Source: an uncultured Candidatus Binatia bacterium
GTDB lineage: Bacteria > Desulfobacterota > Binatia > UBA9968 > JAJDTQ01
Direction of reading: 5' to 3'
Assembly: GCA_965242525.1 (NCBI GenBank)
Contig: OZ251459.1
Coordinates: 1,664,001-1,728,000, forward strand
Length of the DNA: 64,000 bases
Position 1 is the first letter of the stretch; every line of letters starts with the position of its first letter. The translations under genes were made by a program, and so were the position numbers. The notes below the pieces were generated by a model. It was given only the letters and a program-made list of their open reading frames with translations, was not told the origin of the DNA and ran no database searches. Below are positions 47,156 to 60,671 of this stretch, piece by piece.

Positions 47156-49401
47156 CCCCGCGCCGGCCCGGCCGGCCGGTCCTCACCGCGCGCCCACTCC
47201 AGGTAGCGCGCGGTGAGCTCCATGCCCCGTTCCAGGCCGAATTCGGGCTCGTAGCCAAGGAGGCGGCGCGCCTTGTCGATGCGGACCGAGCACTTGGCCG
47301 CGTAGAGGTCGAGGAGCCTCCCCGAAGGCAGGAACTCCTGCGGTCCGGCCGCCTCCCGGGGAGGCCGCAGGGTCCCCTGCCGGTACAAACGCCCGGCCGC
47401 GGCCTTGCCGCGCTCGCCCAGCCGCTGATAGACGGCGAAGCGAAGGGCCTGACGCAGCGGGCGCAGCGGCCAACGGCCCAGCACGCGCTCGGGGGTGGGG
47501 AGGAGCGGCCGCCGGTTCGCGCTTCGGATCTGGCGCTCCATCTCGTCGTACTCCACCAGGCGGACGGCGCCGTCCCGTCCGAGCGCCTTTGCGCAAGCGC
47601 CGTAGAAGTCGAGCCACGTTGGGTGTTCGGGGCCGGAGACGAGGAAGGTCTCGCCCAGGGCTTCGTCGCGTTGCGCCGCCAGCACGAGCGCCCGGACCAC
47701 GTCGTCCACATGGACCGCGTTGCAGATCCCGTCCCCGGGCGCCGGCAACAACACCGCGCCGGCGGTCAGCATGTCGGCCGGGCGCTCGGTCCAGTACCGG
47801 CCGAACGGCCCGTACACCACCGTGGGCTGGACCATGGCGGCGGGAAGGCCCTCTTCCCGGACCATGCGCGCGACCTCGCGTTGGGCGGCCAGCTTGCCGT
47901 CTCCGGGGCGCCGCCCGAGGGGGCTTGCCTCGGTCAACGGCGCGTCGGGCAACGGCTCGTAAACGGACAGGGAACTGACGTGGACCAAGCGGCGGACCCC
48001 GGCCCGGAGACACCCCGCGCCGATCGACCGGGCGGCTTGCCGGTCGGCCGCGGGCGAGCGCGTGTCCCGGGCCAGGTGGAACACCACGTCGCAGCCGTCC
48101 ACCAGGGCGTCGATCGCGTCGCCCGCGGCGTCCCGGTCGGCCATGTCGAAGCGGCGCAGGTCAACCGCTCGGGCCGGGAAACGGGCGATGCGGGCGGCGT
48201 TCCGGAACGTGCGGACCGCGGCCCGCACGCTTGCCCCTTCCTCCAGCACGAGCTTCTCCACCAGCCGCCCGCCGATGAAACCGCTCGCGCCGGTGACGAG
48301 CACGCGCCTGCCTTCCAGGGTCCCTCGGCTCGGCGTCCGGGCGGGGCCGCTCCAGGACCGCGGCAGCGGACGGCGAAGGCGGTAGCAGCCGTCGATGACG
48401 CGGACGGCGCGCGCCGCGGAAGCGCCGGAAACGAACGGCTCGCCGCCGGTGCGGAGGGCCCGCAGCCAATCCTCCATCTCCCATTCGTAGGCATCCTCGT
48501 ACAGGCGTTGGTCGGGCATGGCGGCGCCGGTGCGGCCGTCGAGCTCGAACCGGAGGAGGCGGTCCGGGCAGGCGCGAACGACGGCGTTGCGGTGCAGCGC
48601 CACCTCGACCCGTCCCCGGCTGCCGGTGATGACGGCGGTGTTGCGGAGGGCGCGCGTGCGGCTCAACTCCACCGTGCCCGTTGCGCCGCTGTGGAGCTCC
48701 AGTTCCAGGAGGGCATCGCCTTCGACACCGCCGAGGGAGTCGTCCCGGTAGCTCACCGGCCGCCCGTCCCCGAGCCACCACAGCAGGGTGTCCAGGGTGT
48801 GCGACCCGGTGTCCAGCAGCACCCCGCCGCGGGAGGCCTTGGGGTCCCATAGCGCGGGCGAGTAGGGACCGGTCCCCCTGGCGGCCCTGTCCGGGGCCAG
48901 GCGGCGCGTATGCCAGCTCTCCCCTTCCCGGACGTCGAAACCTTCCACCTCGCCCAGGGCGCCGCTGTCCACCAACGCCTTGACCCAGCGGGTGACGAAC
49001 AGGAAGCGGCGCATGTGGCCGACGGCCAGGCAGGCCGACCCGGCCGCCGCGGTCTCCACCATGGAGTCGGCCTCCTCCCGGGAAGCCGCCAGGGGTTTCT
49101 CCACGAACACGTGGACGCCGCGGCCCAGCAGCGGCAGGCTCACTTGCGCGTGGGACCCCGCGTGGGTGGCCACCAGCGCCGCCTCCACTTCGTCCGGGGC
49201 GAGGTCCGCGGCGTCCGCGGCCACCCGCGGCGCTCCGTAGCGGCGGGCCAACTCCTCCGCCCGGTCCGTCCGCGGGTCCACCAGCACGCGCGGCCGCCAC
49301 CCGAGCCGAGCCAACGCCGGCAGATGGCGCTCACCGGCCACGCCGCCGCAGCCGATGACCGCCAGATGAGGAAAACGCCGGCCGGTGGTCGAAGGACTCA
49401 T
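47143..49401 (-). CDS. Gfo/Idh/MocA oxidoreductase fused to NAD-dependent epimerase/dehydratase
   Basis: IGCGG, EKPLA, GGVLLDTGSH; then VLVTGASGFIG, VFHLA, HVSS.SVY, VYGP, VHVDD. Confidence 0.88.
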   Translation of the reverse strand: MSPSTTGRRFPHLAVIGCGGVAGERHLPALARLGWRPRVLVDPRTDRAEELARRYGAPRVAADAADLAPDEVEAALVATHAGSHAQVSLPLLGRGVHVFVEKPLAASREEADSMVETAAAGSACLAVGHMRRFLFVTRWVKALVDSGALGEVEGFDVREGESWHTRRLAPDRAARGTGPYSPALWDPKASRGGVLLDTGSHTLDTLLWWLGDGRPVSYRDDSLGGVEGDALLELELHSGATGTVELSRTRALRNTAVITGSRGRVEVALHRNAVVRACPDRLLRFELDGRTGAAMPDQRLYEDAYEWEMEDWLRALRTGGEPFVSGASAARAVRVIDGCYRLRRPLPRSWSGPARTPSRGTLEGRRVLVTGASGFIGGRLVEKLVLEEGASVRAAVRTFRNAARIARFPARAVDLRRFDMADRDAAGDAIDALVDGCDVVFHLARDTRSPAADRQAARSIGAGCLRAGVRRLVHVSSLSVYEPLPDAPLTEASPLGRRPGDGKLAAQREVARMVREEGLPAAMVQPTVVYGPFGRYWTERPADMLTAGAVLLPAPGDGICNAVHVDDVVRALVLAAQRDEALGETFLVSGPEHPTWLDFYGACAKALGRDGAVRLVEYDEMERQIRSANRRPLLPTPERVLGRWPLRPLRQALRFAVYQRLGERGKAAAGRLYRQGTLRPPREAAGPQEFLPSGRLLDLYAAKCSVRIDKARRLLGYEPEFGLERGMELTARYLEWARGEDRPAGPARGQKR

Positions 49402-49517
49402 GGCCGCGTTTGTACCACGCGCAACGCGGGATTTCCCCTTCCCCGGGACCATCCCGCACGTCCCCGGAAAGGTCCGGAAAGTGGCGGTAGGATGCTCGCC
49501 ATGCTACTTTTGCCCGC

Positions 49518-50963
49518 ATGCGCGGAGTCGTTTCGGCATGGATGGGAAGGGCGCCGCGGCTCCTGTTCGTGGCGGCGCTCCTGCTGGCGGCCTTCGCCGG
49601 CGGGCTGTACGTCGCGCAGTACAAGGTCTTTCCCTACGGTATCCTGTCTTCCGCCAGGAAAACCTTCCTGGCGGCGGTCGAGACCAACATCCACGACCCC
49701 GACCGGGATACCGGCCGGAAGCCATGGGAGTTCGTGGACGTCCCGCCCGGGCAGGCGGCGGCCCGGCGCTTCGAGTTCATGGGCAGCGATCATCTCGCCG
49801 ACCCGATACTGGTTCCGGGAGGGCGGGGGCACTTCCGGGAGCACTGTCCGGGCCACGTGGGCTGTCTGGCGGTGGAGTACGCCGGCCGGGGCGAAGTCCG
49901 GCATGCCTGGCCGTACCGCCCCGAGGAGTTGGAGAAATGGCTGGAGAAGGAGGAGTTCACAGGGGATTTCCCGTACGAGCACGCACTCGGGTTCTCCTTC
50001 CTCGACCATGCGTACATAACGGGAGTGTTACGATACTCCAATGGGGATCTGCTGACGGTCTTCCACTTCGCTCATACCCACCCTTACGGCGGCGGGGCGG
50101 CGCGCATCGACCGGACCGGCAAGCCCATGTGGTACCGTCCGGACCAAAGCCACCATCGACCGCAACTGACCGATGGGGAAGTCGCCCTGGTTCCGGGCCT
50201 GCGGCGCGGCAAGCCCAGGGATATCGCGCTCATACCGGGACGGCGCTTCCCCCGAATCGACCTGTCTTGTCCGCAATGGAGTCACGACCTCGTGAACGCA
50301 ATCGACCCGGGAGGGAGGAGGCTGGAAGAGACTTCCGTCTTCGACGCCGTACGGAATTCTTCCTATGCCCCGCTCCTGCTCCCTTCGGATCCTTGCGACC
50401 CGACGCATCTCAACGCCGTCCACCGGCTGGGAGAAGACGCCGCGGGATCGGGCCTCGAACCCGGAGACCTCGTGGTGTCCCTCAGGAACCTGCACGCATT
50501 CGCCGTACTGGACCGCCGGGACCGTCGGTTGAAGCGACTGGTGCGCGGCGGGTTCATGGCGCAGCACGCCGTCCTCCATTTCGAAGACTCCAGGTTCCTC
50601 ATGCTGGACAACCAGGGCGGTAGAACCGCGGGCGGCGCCCTGGGCGTGTCACGGCTGCTGATGGTGGACGCGGCGAGCGGCGAGGAGACCTCGATCTTCC
50701 CGAACCACAGGACTCCTGGCCATTTACGAGAGCTGTACACCGACCGGAGAGGCGGACTTGCCATGTCCCCGGACCGCAGCAGGGCCATCGTCACGTTTTT
50801 CGAATTGGGCAAGGCAGTAGAGGTCCGTATCGCCGACGGCGCAGTGCTGGTAGTGTTCGACTCGCTCCACGACGTGTCGCAACTGGAGGAGTTTCCGGAG
50901 GAACGAACCGCCCGGGCGGTACGGAAGAGGCTCCATGAAGTCCGCTACGGCGGCGACGGATGA
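49518..50963 (+). CDS. Arylsulfotransferase (ASST-like, Arylsulfotran_2) family protein
   Basis: N-terminal TM; SHH, THLNAV, VVSLRNL, AQH, LDN motifs. Confidence 0.75.
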   Translation: MRGVVSAWMGRAPRLLFVAALLLAAFAGGLYVAQYKVFPYGILSSARKTFLAAVETNIHDPDRDTGRKPWEFVDVPPGQAAARRFEFMGSDHLADPILVPGGRGHFREHCPGHVGCLAVEYAGRGEVRHAWPYRPEELEKWLEKEEFTGDFPYEHALGFSFLDHAYITGVLRYSNGDLLTVFHFAHTHPYGGGAARIDRTGKPMWYRPDQSHHRPQLTDGEVALVPGLRRGKPRDIALIPGRRFPRIDLSCPQWSHDLVNAIDPGGRRLEETSVFDAVRNSSYAPLLLPSDPCDPTHLNAVHRLGEDAAGSGLEPGDLVVSLRNLHAFAVLDRRDRRLKRLVRGGFMAQHAVLHFEDSRFLMLDNQGGRTAGGALGVSRLLMVDAASGEETSIFPNHRTPGHLRELYTDRRGGLAMSPDRSRAIVTFFELGKAVEVRIADGAVLVVFDSLHDVSQLEEFPEERTARAVRKRLHEVRYGGDG

Positions 50964-50991
50964 CGCGCGAGAACAGGAGGATGATACGATC

Positions 50992-51189
50992 ATGGATTTC
51001 GACGCACCCGTGGTGATGGCGTACATCGGCCCCGGCGCCGGATTGGGGGCCGTCGGCTCCCTGCTGGCGGTGGGGTCGGCAGGGCTCGTCATGGTGGTGG
51101 GCCTCGTGTGGTATCCCCTCAGGCAGGCGCTGCGCAAATGGCGGGCGTGGCGGCGCGGGAGGGAAGCGGCCGGCGGCGAGGAAGGGTGA
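50992..51189 (+). CDS. Small membrane protein (AYIGPGAG motif)
   Basis: AGGAGG upstream; AYIGPGAG, hydrophobic helix, WYPLR, basic tail. Confidence 0.7.
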   Translation: MDFDAPVVMAYIGPGAGLGAVGSLLAVGSAGLVMVVGLVWYPLRQALRKWRAWRRGREAAGGEEG

Positions 51190-51234
51190 AGTTCCGGGAC
51201 CGGCGTTCCGGGCCGGACCGGGAGCGGGGAGACC

Positions 51235-53148
51235 ATGGCCGCGGATAGCTCGTTGGCGGACGGCCCCGGGCAGACGCCTGCGCCGCCCACGGGTTGGGCG
51301 GGCGTCCTCCGCGAAGCGTGGACGTTCGGACGGGCCCTCGTCGCCTACCGTCCGCGCACGGTGGCGCTGACGGTGCTGCTCCTGCTCGCGTCGAGCGCCA
51401 CCGAAGCGCTCGGACTCCTCATGCTCATCCCTCTCCTGCACGCCGTTGGCGGCGGCGCAGCGGGCGACCCCCAGGGCATGATGGCAAGGGTCCTGGGCGG
51501 CATGGCGGACGCCGTGGGACCGGAACGGATCCTGCCCGCGGTGCTCGGCGGCTTCGTCGCCCTCGCCTTCGTCCGCGCCGTGACCGTCTGGCGGCGAGAC
51601 GTGCTGATCGCCAGGACGCGGATCGGCTTCGTCAGCCGGCTGCGCGAGACGCTGCTCGAGGCGGTGGCCCGGGCGGACTGGCGGTTTCTCGCAGGCCAAC
51701 GCCACTCCGACCTCCAGCAGGCGCTGACGGGGGAGGTGCACCGTATCGGCCAAGCGAGCTTCCACCTGTTGCTGATGACCGCGGCCGTCGTGCTGGCGGT
51801 GACGCAAACCGCGGCCGCCTTTCTCATCTCGCCCCCGGTCTCCACCGCGGCCCTGTTGACGGGCGCCGTGCTGCTCGCGCTGATCCGACCGCTGCTTCGG
51901 CGTTCGCAGACCCTGGGCGCCCAGATCACCCGTGCCAACCGCGTGATATTGGCCCACGTGCAGGACTTCCTGGCCGGCCTCAAACCGGCCAAGGCCTACA
52001 CCGCGGAACGGGTCCACGCGACCCGCTTCGGCGAGGCCGTCGCGGCCATGTACCAACGCCAGACGGCCTCCGTAACGGCCATCGCCGGGGCCCGGGCGAC
52101 GCTCCACCTGGGCGCCGCCGCGGCGTTGGCGGCAACGGTGTGGTTCGCCATCGCGGAAGCCGGACTCACGCCGCCGGAACTCGTGGTGGTGGTGGTGGTC
52201 TTCGCCCGCGTGATGTCCACGCTGACGCACTTGCAGAACAGCGCGCAGGAGTTCGCCAACGCGCTGCCCGCATACCGCTACACGCAGGAAACGCTGCACG
52301 CGCTGCGGCAGGCGGCGGAAGACGACGCCGGGGCGGACCTCTCGACCGGGAAGCGCGGGGAGCCGCCGGGCGCTTGCCGGAACGAGCCCCGCATGGCGCT
52401 GCGCGCGGCGCTGACGGTCCGCGCCGTCTCCTTCGACTACGGACAGCGGACCCGAACGGGCCCGGGGCGCAAGGCGCTGGGCCGCGTGGACCTGGACATC
52501 CGCGCCGGAGGGATCACCGCGGTCTCGGGGCCCTCGGGCGCCGGCAAGAGCACGCTGGCGGACATACTGCTGGGCTTGCTGGAACCCGCGAGCGGCGCGG
52601 TGCTGGTGGACGGCGTCCCCCTGGGCCCCTCGAACCGCCGCCGCTGGAGACGTTCCTGCGCCTATGTGCCCCAAGAGCCGTACCTGTTCCACGACACGGT
52701 CCGGGCCAACGTCGCATGGGCGCAGCCCCATGCCAACGACCACGAAGTCTGGCGGGCGCTGCGCCGGGCCGCGGCCGCGGACTTCGTGGCGGGGCTGCCC
52801 CAGGGCCTGGACACCGTGGTGGGAGACCGCGGCGGACGACTGTCGGGCGGCGAGCGGCAGCGCATCGTCCTGGCGCGGGCCCTGCTCCTGGAACCGACGC
52901 TGCTGGTGCTGGACGAAGCCACCAGCCAACTGGACGCGCAGACCGAACGACGCGTGGTGGAAACGCTGCGGTCGCTGCGCGGGCGCACCACGGTGGTGGC
53001 CATGGCCCATCGGGAGGCGATGATGGCCGCGGCGGACCGCGTGGTGCTGCTGGACTCGGGCCGCGTGGCGGCCATCCATGTCCCGCCTGCGACCGCCGGG
53101 CGTCCTTCGACTTCGCTTCGCTACGCTCAGGACGAACGGAGGGGGTAA
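51235..53148 (+). CDS. ABC exporter, fused permease/ATPase
   Basis: TM domain; GPSGAGKST, YVPQ, LSGGERQR, LDEATS; last residues encoded by the repeat. Confidence 0.92.
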   Translation: MAADSSLADGPGQTPAPPTGWAGVLREAWTFGRALVAYRPRTVALTVLLLLASSATEALGLLMLIPLLHAVGGGAAGDPQGMMARVLGGMADAVGPERILPAVLGGFVALAFVRAVTVWRRDVLIARTRIGFVSRLRETLLEAVARADWRFLAGQRHSDLQQALTGEVHRIGQASFHLLLMTAAVVLAVTQTAAAFLISPPVSTAALLTGAVLLALIRPLLRRSQTLGAQITRANRVILAHVQDFLAGLKPAKAYTAERVHATRFGEAVAAMYQRQTASVTAIAGARATLHLGAAAALAATVWFAIAEAGLTPPELVVVVVVFARVMSTLTHLQNSAQEFANALPAYRYTQETLHALRQAAEDDAGADLSTGKRGEPPGACRNEPRMALRAALTVRAVSFDYGQRTRTGPGRKALGRVDLDIRAGGITAVSGPSGAGKSTLADILLGLLEPASGAVLVDGVPLGPSNRRRWRRSCAYVPQEPYLFHDTVRANVAWAQPHANDHEVWRALRRAAAADFVAGLPQGLDTVVGDRGGRLSGGERQRIVLARALLLEPTLLVLDEATSQLDAQTERRVVETLRSLRGRTTVVAMAHREAMMAAADRVVLLDSGRVAAIHVPPATAGRPSTSLRYAQDERRG

Positions 53149-53227
53149 TCGTTCGAGGGTTCAGGGTTTCCCCGATCAACTGTCCGAGGTTTCCCTGATC
53201 GACCGTTCGGGGTTTCCCCGATTGACA
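53099..53227. mobile_element. REP core plus right TIR, followed by two further TIR-like units at ~23-bp spacing
   Basis: GTTCAGGGTTTCCCCGATCAAC / GTCCGAGGTTTCCCTGATCGAC / GTTCGGGGTTTCCCCGATTGAC. Confidence 0.8.
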
Positions 53228-53250
53228 CTCCCTGCCCCGTGGGCTAGTTT
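53222..53250 (+). promoter_or_regulatory. Sigma70-type promoter for the LLM/hydrolase operon
   Basis: TTGACA-17 nt-TAGTTT. Confidence 0.7.
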
Positions 53251-53295
53251 GCTCCCGCACAGGTTCGCCGCGACTGTTTCAGGTTGGGAGGACGA

Positions 53296-54540
53296 ATGCA
53301 CCCGGTACGGCTCTTCTGCTGGCATTTCATGGCGTATCCGCACCTGCCCGAGGACTTCGACGAGAAGTACGATTCGGGTTGGGTCACGGTTCCCAACAGC
53401 CTGTGGGACTCCGAGAAGTCCCGGGGCCTGTTCCAGGAATACATCGACCAGCTCGCCTACGCCGACGAACTGGGCTTCGACGGGCTGGTGCTGAACGAGC
53501 ACCACCAGAACATCTACGGCCTCATGCCTTCGCCGAACCTCATCGCCGCGGCGTTGACCCAGCGCTCCTCCAGGGCGAAGATCGTGGTGCTGGGCAACCT
53601 GCTCCCCTTGCACCTCAACCCCCTCCGAGTGGCGGAGGAATACGCCATGCTGGACAACATGAGCAACGGGCGCGTCATCGCCGGTTTCGCCCCCGGCGGC
53701 GGCCCGGAAAACTACAACTACGACGTGCCGTCGGTGACCTCCCGGGAACGTTTCTGGGAGGCCGTGGACTTGGTGGTGCGTTCCTGGACCGACGACGGCC
53801 CGTTCCGCCACGAGGGCCGCTACTACCCCCTGCGTTACGTCAACCCCTGGCCCAGGCCCACCCAGAAGCCCCATCCCCCCATATGGGTGCCGGGCTCCCG
53901 CAGCGCTTCCACCCTGACGGAGGTGGCCAAGCGCGGCTACTGCTATTTCCTGTCCTCCCGGAGCCACGGAGGGGAGACCTACCGGGCCCGGGAACAGTTC
54001 TCCAGGGTGCTGGAAGAGCACGGCGACGCCTACCAACCCTTCCGCATGGGCATCCTCATGTCCGCCTACGTGGGGGAGACCGACGCCCAGGCCCGGGAGG
54101 AAGCGGAGGAGGGCGTATGGTACTTCCTGCGCAACTGCCTCAAGGGGCACCTGCGCAAGGAAGGGCGCCAGCTCACCTTCGGCGCCGGCGTCCCCTACAT
54201 CCCCGCGCCGGCCTGGAAAGAGTACCTGAAGCACTCCGACCCCGAGCGCCCCATGCTGGGGGACGTGCAGGACTGGGACGAGCTCGACAAGGCCCAGTCC
54301 ATCGTCGTGGGCAGTCCCGAAACCGTGCACCGGAAGATCCTGGACATCGTCGAGAAGTCGCAGGTGGGCAACCTGCTGATCCAGTTCCACCTGGGCAACA
54401 TGCCCTCGGATCTGGCGCGCGAGAGCCAGCGCCGGTTCGCCGCCCAGGTGGCGCCGGCCCTGAGGGAGGACTCCGCACGGGTCTTCGCCAAGGCCTACCC
54501 GGGGATGGAGGAGAGCGTTGCCGCGGGGGCGGTGGCATGA
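53296..54540 (+). CDS. LLM class flavin-dependent oxidoreductase
   Basis: ADELGFDG..LNEHH, PLRVAEEYAMLD..SNGR, P.QKPHPPIW, VGSPETV. Confidence 0.92.
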   Translation: MHPVRLFCWHFMAYPHLPEDFDEKYDSGWVTVPNSLWDSEKSRGLFQEYIDQLAYADELGFDGLVLNEHHQNIYGLMPSPNLIAAALTQRSSRAKIVVLGNLLPLHLNPLRVAEEYAMLDNMSNGRVIAGFAPGGGPENYNYDVPSVTSRERFWEAVDLVVRSWTDDGPFRHEGRYYPLRYVNPWPRPTQKPHPPIWVPGSRSASTLTEVAKRGYCYFLSSRSHGGETYRAREQFSRVLEEHGDAYQPFRMGILMSAYVGETDAQAREEAEEGVWYFLRNCLKGHLRKEGRQLTFGAGVPYIPAPAWKEYLKHSDPERPMLGDVQDWDELDKAQSIVVGSPETVHRKILDIVEKSQVGNLLIQFHLGNMPSDLARESQRRFAAQVAPALREDSARVFAKAYPGMEESVAAGAVA

Positions 54541-55329
54541 GCCGGCGCACCCTGGAGATCGACGGCGGGAAGGTCTCGGTGCTGGAGGGGGGCGCCGGCG
54601 ACGCCACCCTCTACCTCCACGGCTTCGCGGACGTCCACGGGGTCACCGAGGGCTGGATGCCGTTCCACGAGAAATTGCTGGAAGGCTGCCGCGTCCATGC
54701 ACCCGCGCATCCGGGTTGCGCGGAGTCCGACGAGATCGCCCACCTGGAGTCCGTGGAGGACCTGGTCTTCCACTACCTGGAGGTGATCGACGCCCTGGGG
54801 CTGGACCGGTTCCACCTGGTGGGGGCCTGCGTCGGGGGCTGGGCGGCCGCGGAGCTGGCGGCGCGCCACCCGGAAAAGGTCCGCCGGCTGGTGCTCATGG
54901 ACGCCGCGGGCCTGTTCGTGCCCGGGGCGCCCATCGGCGACGTCTTCATGATGTCCCATCCGCGCCGGGGAACCGACTACTCGGAGCTCAGGGCCATGCT
55001 GTTCGCCAGCGACCGGACGCCGGTGGGGCGCAGGCTGTTCCCGGACGGCCGGGGCGAACTCGACGACGAGGTGCGGCGCTACCAGATGCTCCGGTTCGCC
55101 AACCGGTTCGGCTTCAACCCGCCCTATTTCTACAACCGCTCGCTGCGGAGCCGGCTGCACCGCATCGGCGCGCCCACGCTGGTGCTGTGGGGCGAACAGG
55201 ACCGCATGGTGCCCTTGGCCCACGGCGAGGCCTACGCCGCGGGGATCCCCAATTCCAATGGCCTGGAGGTCCTGAAGGGCGCGGGCCACAGTCCCCAGGC
55301 GGAAGACCCGGAAGCCGCGGCCGCCCTGG

Positions 55330-55352
<23 letters not shown>
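54537..55352 (+). CDS. Alpha/beta hydrolase with Cys at the nucleophile elbow
   Basis: [29 protein letters not shown]; ATGA-coupled to the LLM gene. Confidence 0.88.
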
Positions 55353-59027
<3,675 letters not shown>

Positions 59028-59031
<4 letters not shown>

Positions 59032-59855
59032 GGCCCGGTCTTCCCCCCGCGCTTCGGCTTCCTCCCGCCCCGGGGCGCAGGCGCTTCCGGCGTGACGTAA
59101 GCGGCGCTGATGCCCCCGTCCACCACGAACTCGGCGCCGGTCACGAAGGAGGATTCGTCGCTGGCCAGGTAGAGCGCGGCCCGGGCGATCTCCCGGGCCT
59201 CGCCGAAACGCCCCATGGGGATGTGCACGAGACGACGTTGCTGCTTCCTGGGGGTATCCAGCACCTTCATCAGCAGCTCGGTGCGCAGGGGGCCGGGGCA
59301 CAGGGCGTTGACCCGGATGTTCTCCCGGGCGTGGACCACCGCCAGCTCCCGGGTCAGGGCCACCACGCCCCCCTTGCTCGCGGTGTAGGCAAGCTGCGGG
59401 GTGGCGGCGCCCATCAACGCCACGAACGAGGCCGTGTTGATGACGGAGCCTCCTCCCGACCGGCGCAGCGCCGGTATCCCGTGCTTGCACCCCAGGAACA
59501 CCCCCTTGAGGTTCACCGCCAGCGTCGCGTCCCAGACCGCTTCGGGCGTGTGGACCGCGTCGGCGTCCGTGTCCAGCATGACGCCGGCGTTGTTGCAGAG
59601 GACGTGCAGGCCGCCGAACGCCGCTTCCGCGGCCTCCACCATGCGGGCGCAGTCGCCGTCCCGGGACACGTCCGCGCGGCAGTAGGCGGCCTTGCCGCCG
59701 CTGCGGTTGATGCGGGCCGCCAGCCGCTTGCCGCCGCGGTCGTCCAGGTCCGCGACCATCACGCAGGCGCCCTCCCGCGCGAACAGCAGCGCGGTCTCCC
59801 GGCCGATGCCGCCGGCGCCCCCGGTGATGAGCGCAACCTTGTCCTTCAGACGCAT
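59028..59855 (-). CDS. Short-chain dehydrogenase/reductase
   Basis: [17 protein letters not shown]; ATGA overlap with metH. Confidence 0.93.
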
Positions 59856-59915
59856 GGGAAGAGTGTCGGTACGAAAGGGAACCCCTGACGGCCTCGGGAG
59901 CCGCGCGACCGGGGC

Positions 59916-60671
59916 TCAGCCGGAGCGCGCCGCCCCCGAGGCCTCCACCAGCGCGTCGAACAGGCGCTGCTGCACGGGGTCCTCCGCGGCCGTGAGCTCG
60001 GGATGCCACTGGATGGCGAAGAGCCACGGATGCGACGGCCTCTCCATCCCTTCGATGGTGCCGTCCGGGGCCCGGGCCACCACCTCGAAGCCCGGCGCCA
60101 CCCGGCGGATGGCCTGGTGGTGCCAGGAGAGGCACGAGAAGTCCGTGGAGCCCAGGACCCCGGCCAACCTCGACCCCCGCTCCACGAGGACCGGATGGGG
60201 GACGGGCTCCCGCGGGGGCGCGCGGTGGATTACGGTCTCCCCCACCTCGTCGGGCAGGTGCTCGATGAGGGTCCCCCCCTCGCACACGTTCATGAGCTGC
60301 GCGCCGCGGCAGATGGCCAGCGTGGGAACGCCCAGGTCGAATATGCGCCGGGCCAAGTCGAGCTCGGCGCGGTCGCGCTCCGGGTCCACCATATAGACCG
60401 TGTGGTGGTTCCGGCCGCCGTAGAGGGCCGGGTCCAGGTCTCCGCCGCCACTGAACACCACCGCGTCCAGCACCGGCAGGACCGCGTGCATGCGCTCGTC
60501 CCCGGGGGGCAGCAGCAGCGGGACGCCCCCGGCCCGGCGCACCGCGTCCACGTATTGGCCGGGAAGCGAGAACCGGTTCTTCGCGTCGCGGCCATAGGTG
60601 GTCACGCCGATGAACGGGGCCCTCTCGACGCCGCTTCCCCGGTCCCGCCCGTCTCCTTCAGATCCTTTCAA
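59916..60671 (-). CDS. Gamma-glutamyl-gamma-aminobutyrate hydrolase family (peptidase C26, PuuD-like)
   Basis: [31 protein letters not shown]; start taken as TTG 60671 (uncertain). Confidence 0.88.
   Translation of the reverse strand: MKGSEGDGRDRGSGVERAPFIGVTTYGRDAKNRFSLPGQYVDAVRRAGGVPLLLPPGDERMHAVLPVLDAVVFSGGGDLDPALYGGRNHHTVYMVDPERDRAELDLARRIFDLGVPTLAICRGAQLMNVCEGGTLIEHLPDEVGETVIHRAPPREPVPHPVLVERGSRLAGVLGSTDFSCLSWHHQAIRRVAPGFEVVARAPDGTIEGMERPSHPWLFAIQWHPELTAAEDPVQQRLFDALVEASGAARSG

Noticed and set aside
44737-48852. 1371-aa ORF spanning several genes
   Set aside because: Low-complexity R/G/P-rich alternative frame over well-supported genes
51235-53148. RiPP (lasso-type) cluster around the ABC exporter and the small 50992-51189 ORF
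   Set aside because: No cyclase, peptidase or RRE gene nearby; the small ORF looks like a membrane peptide, not a precursor
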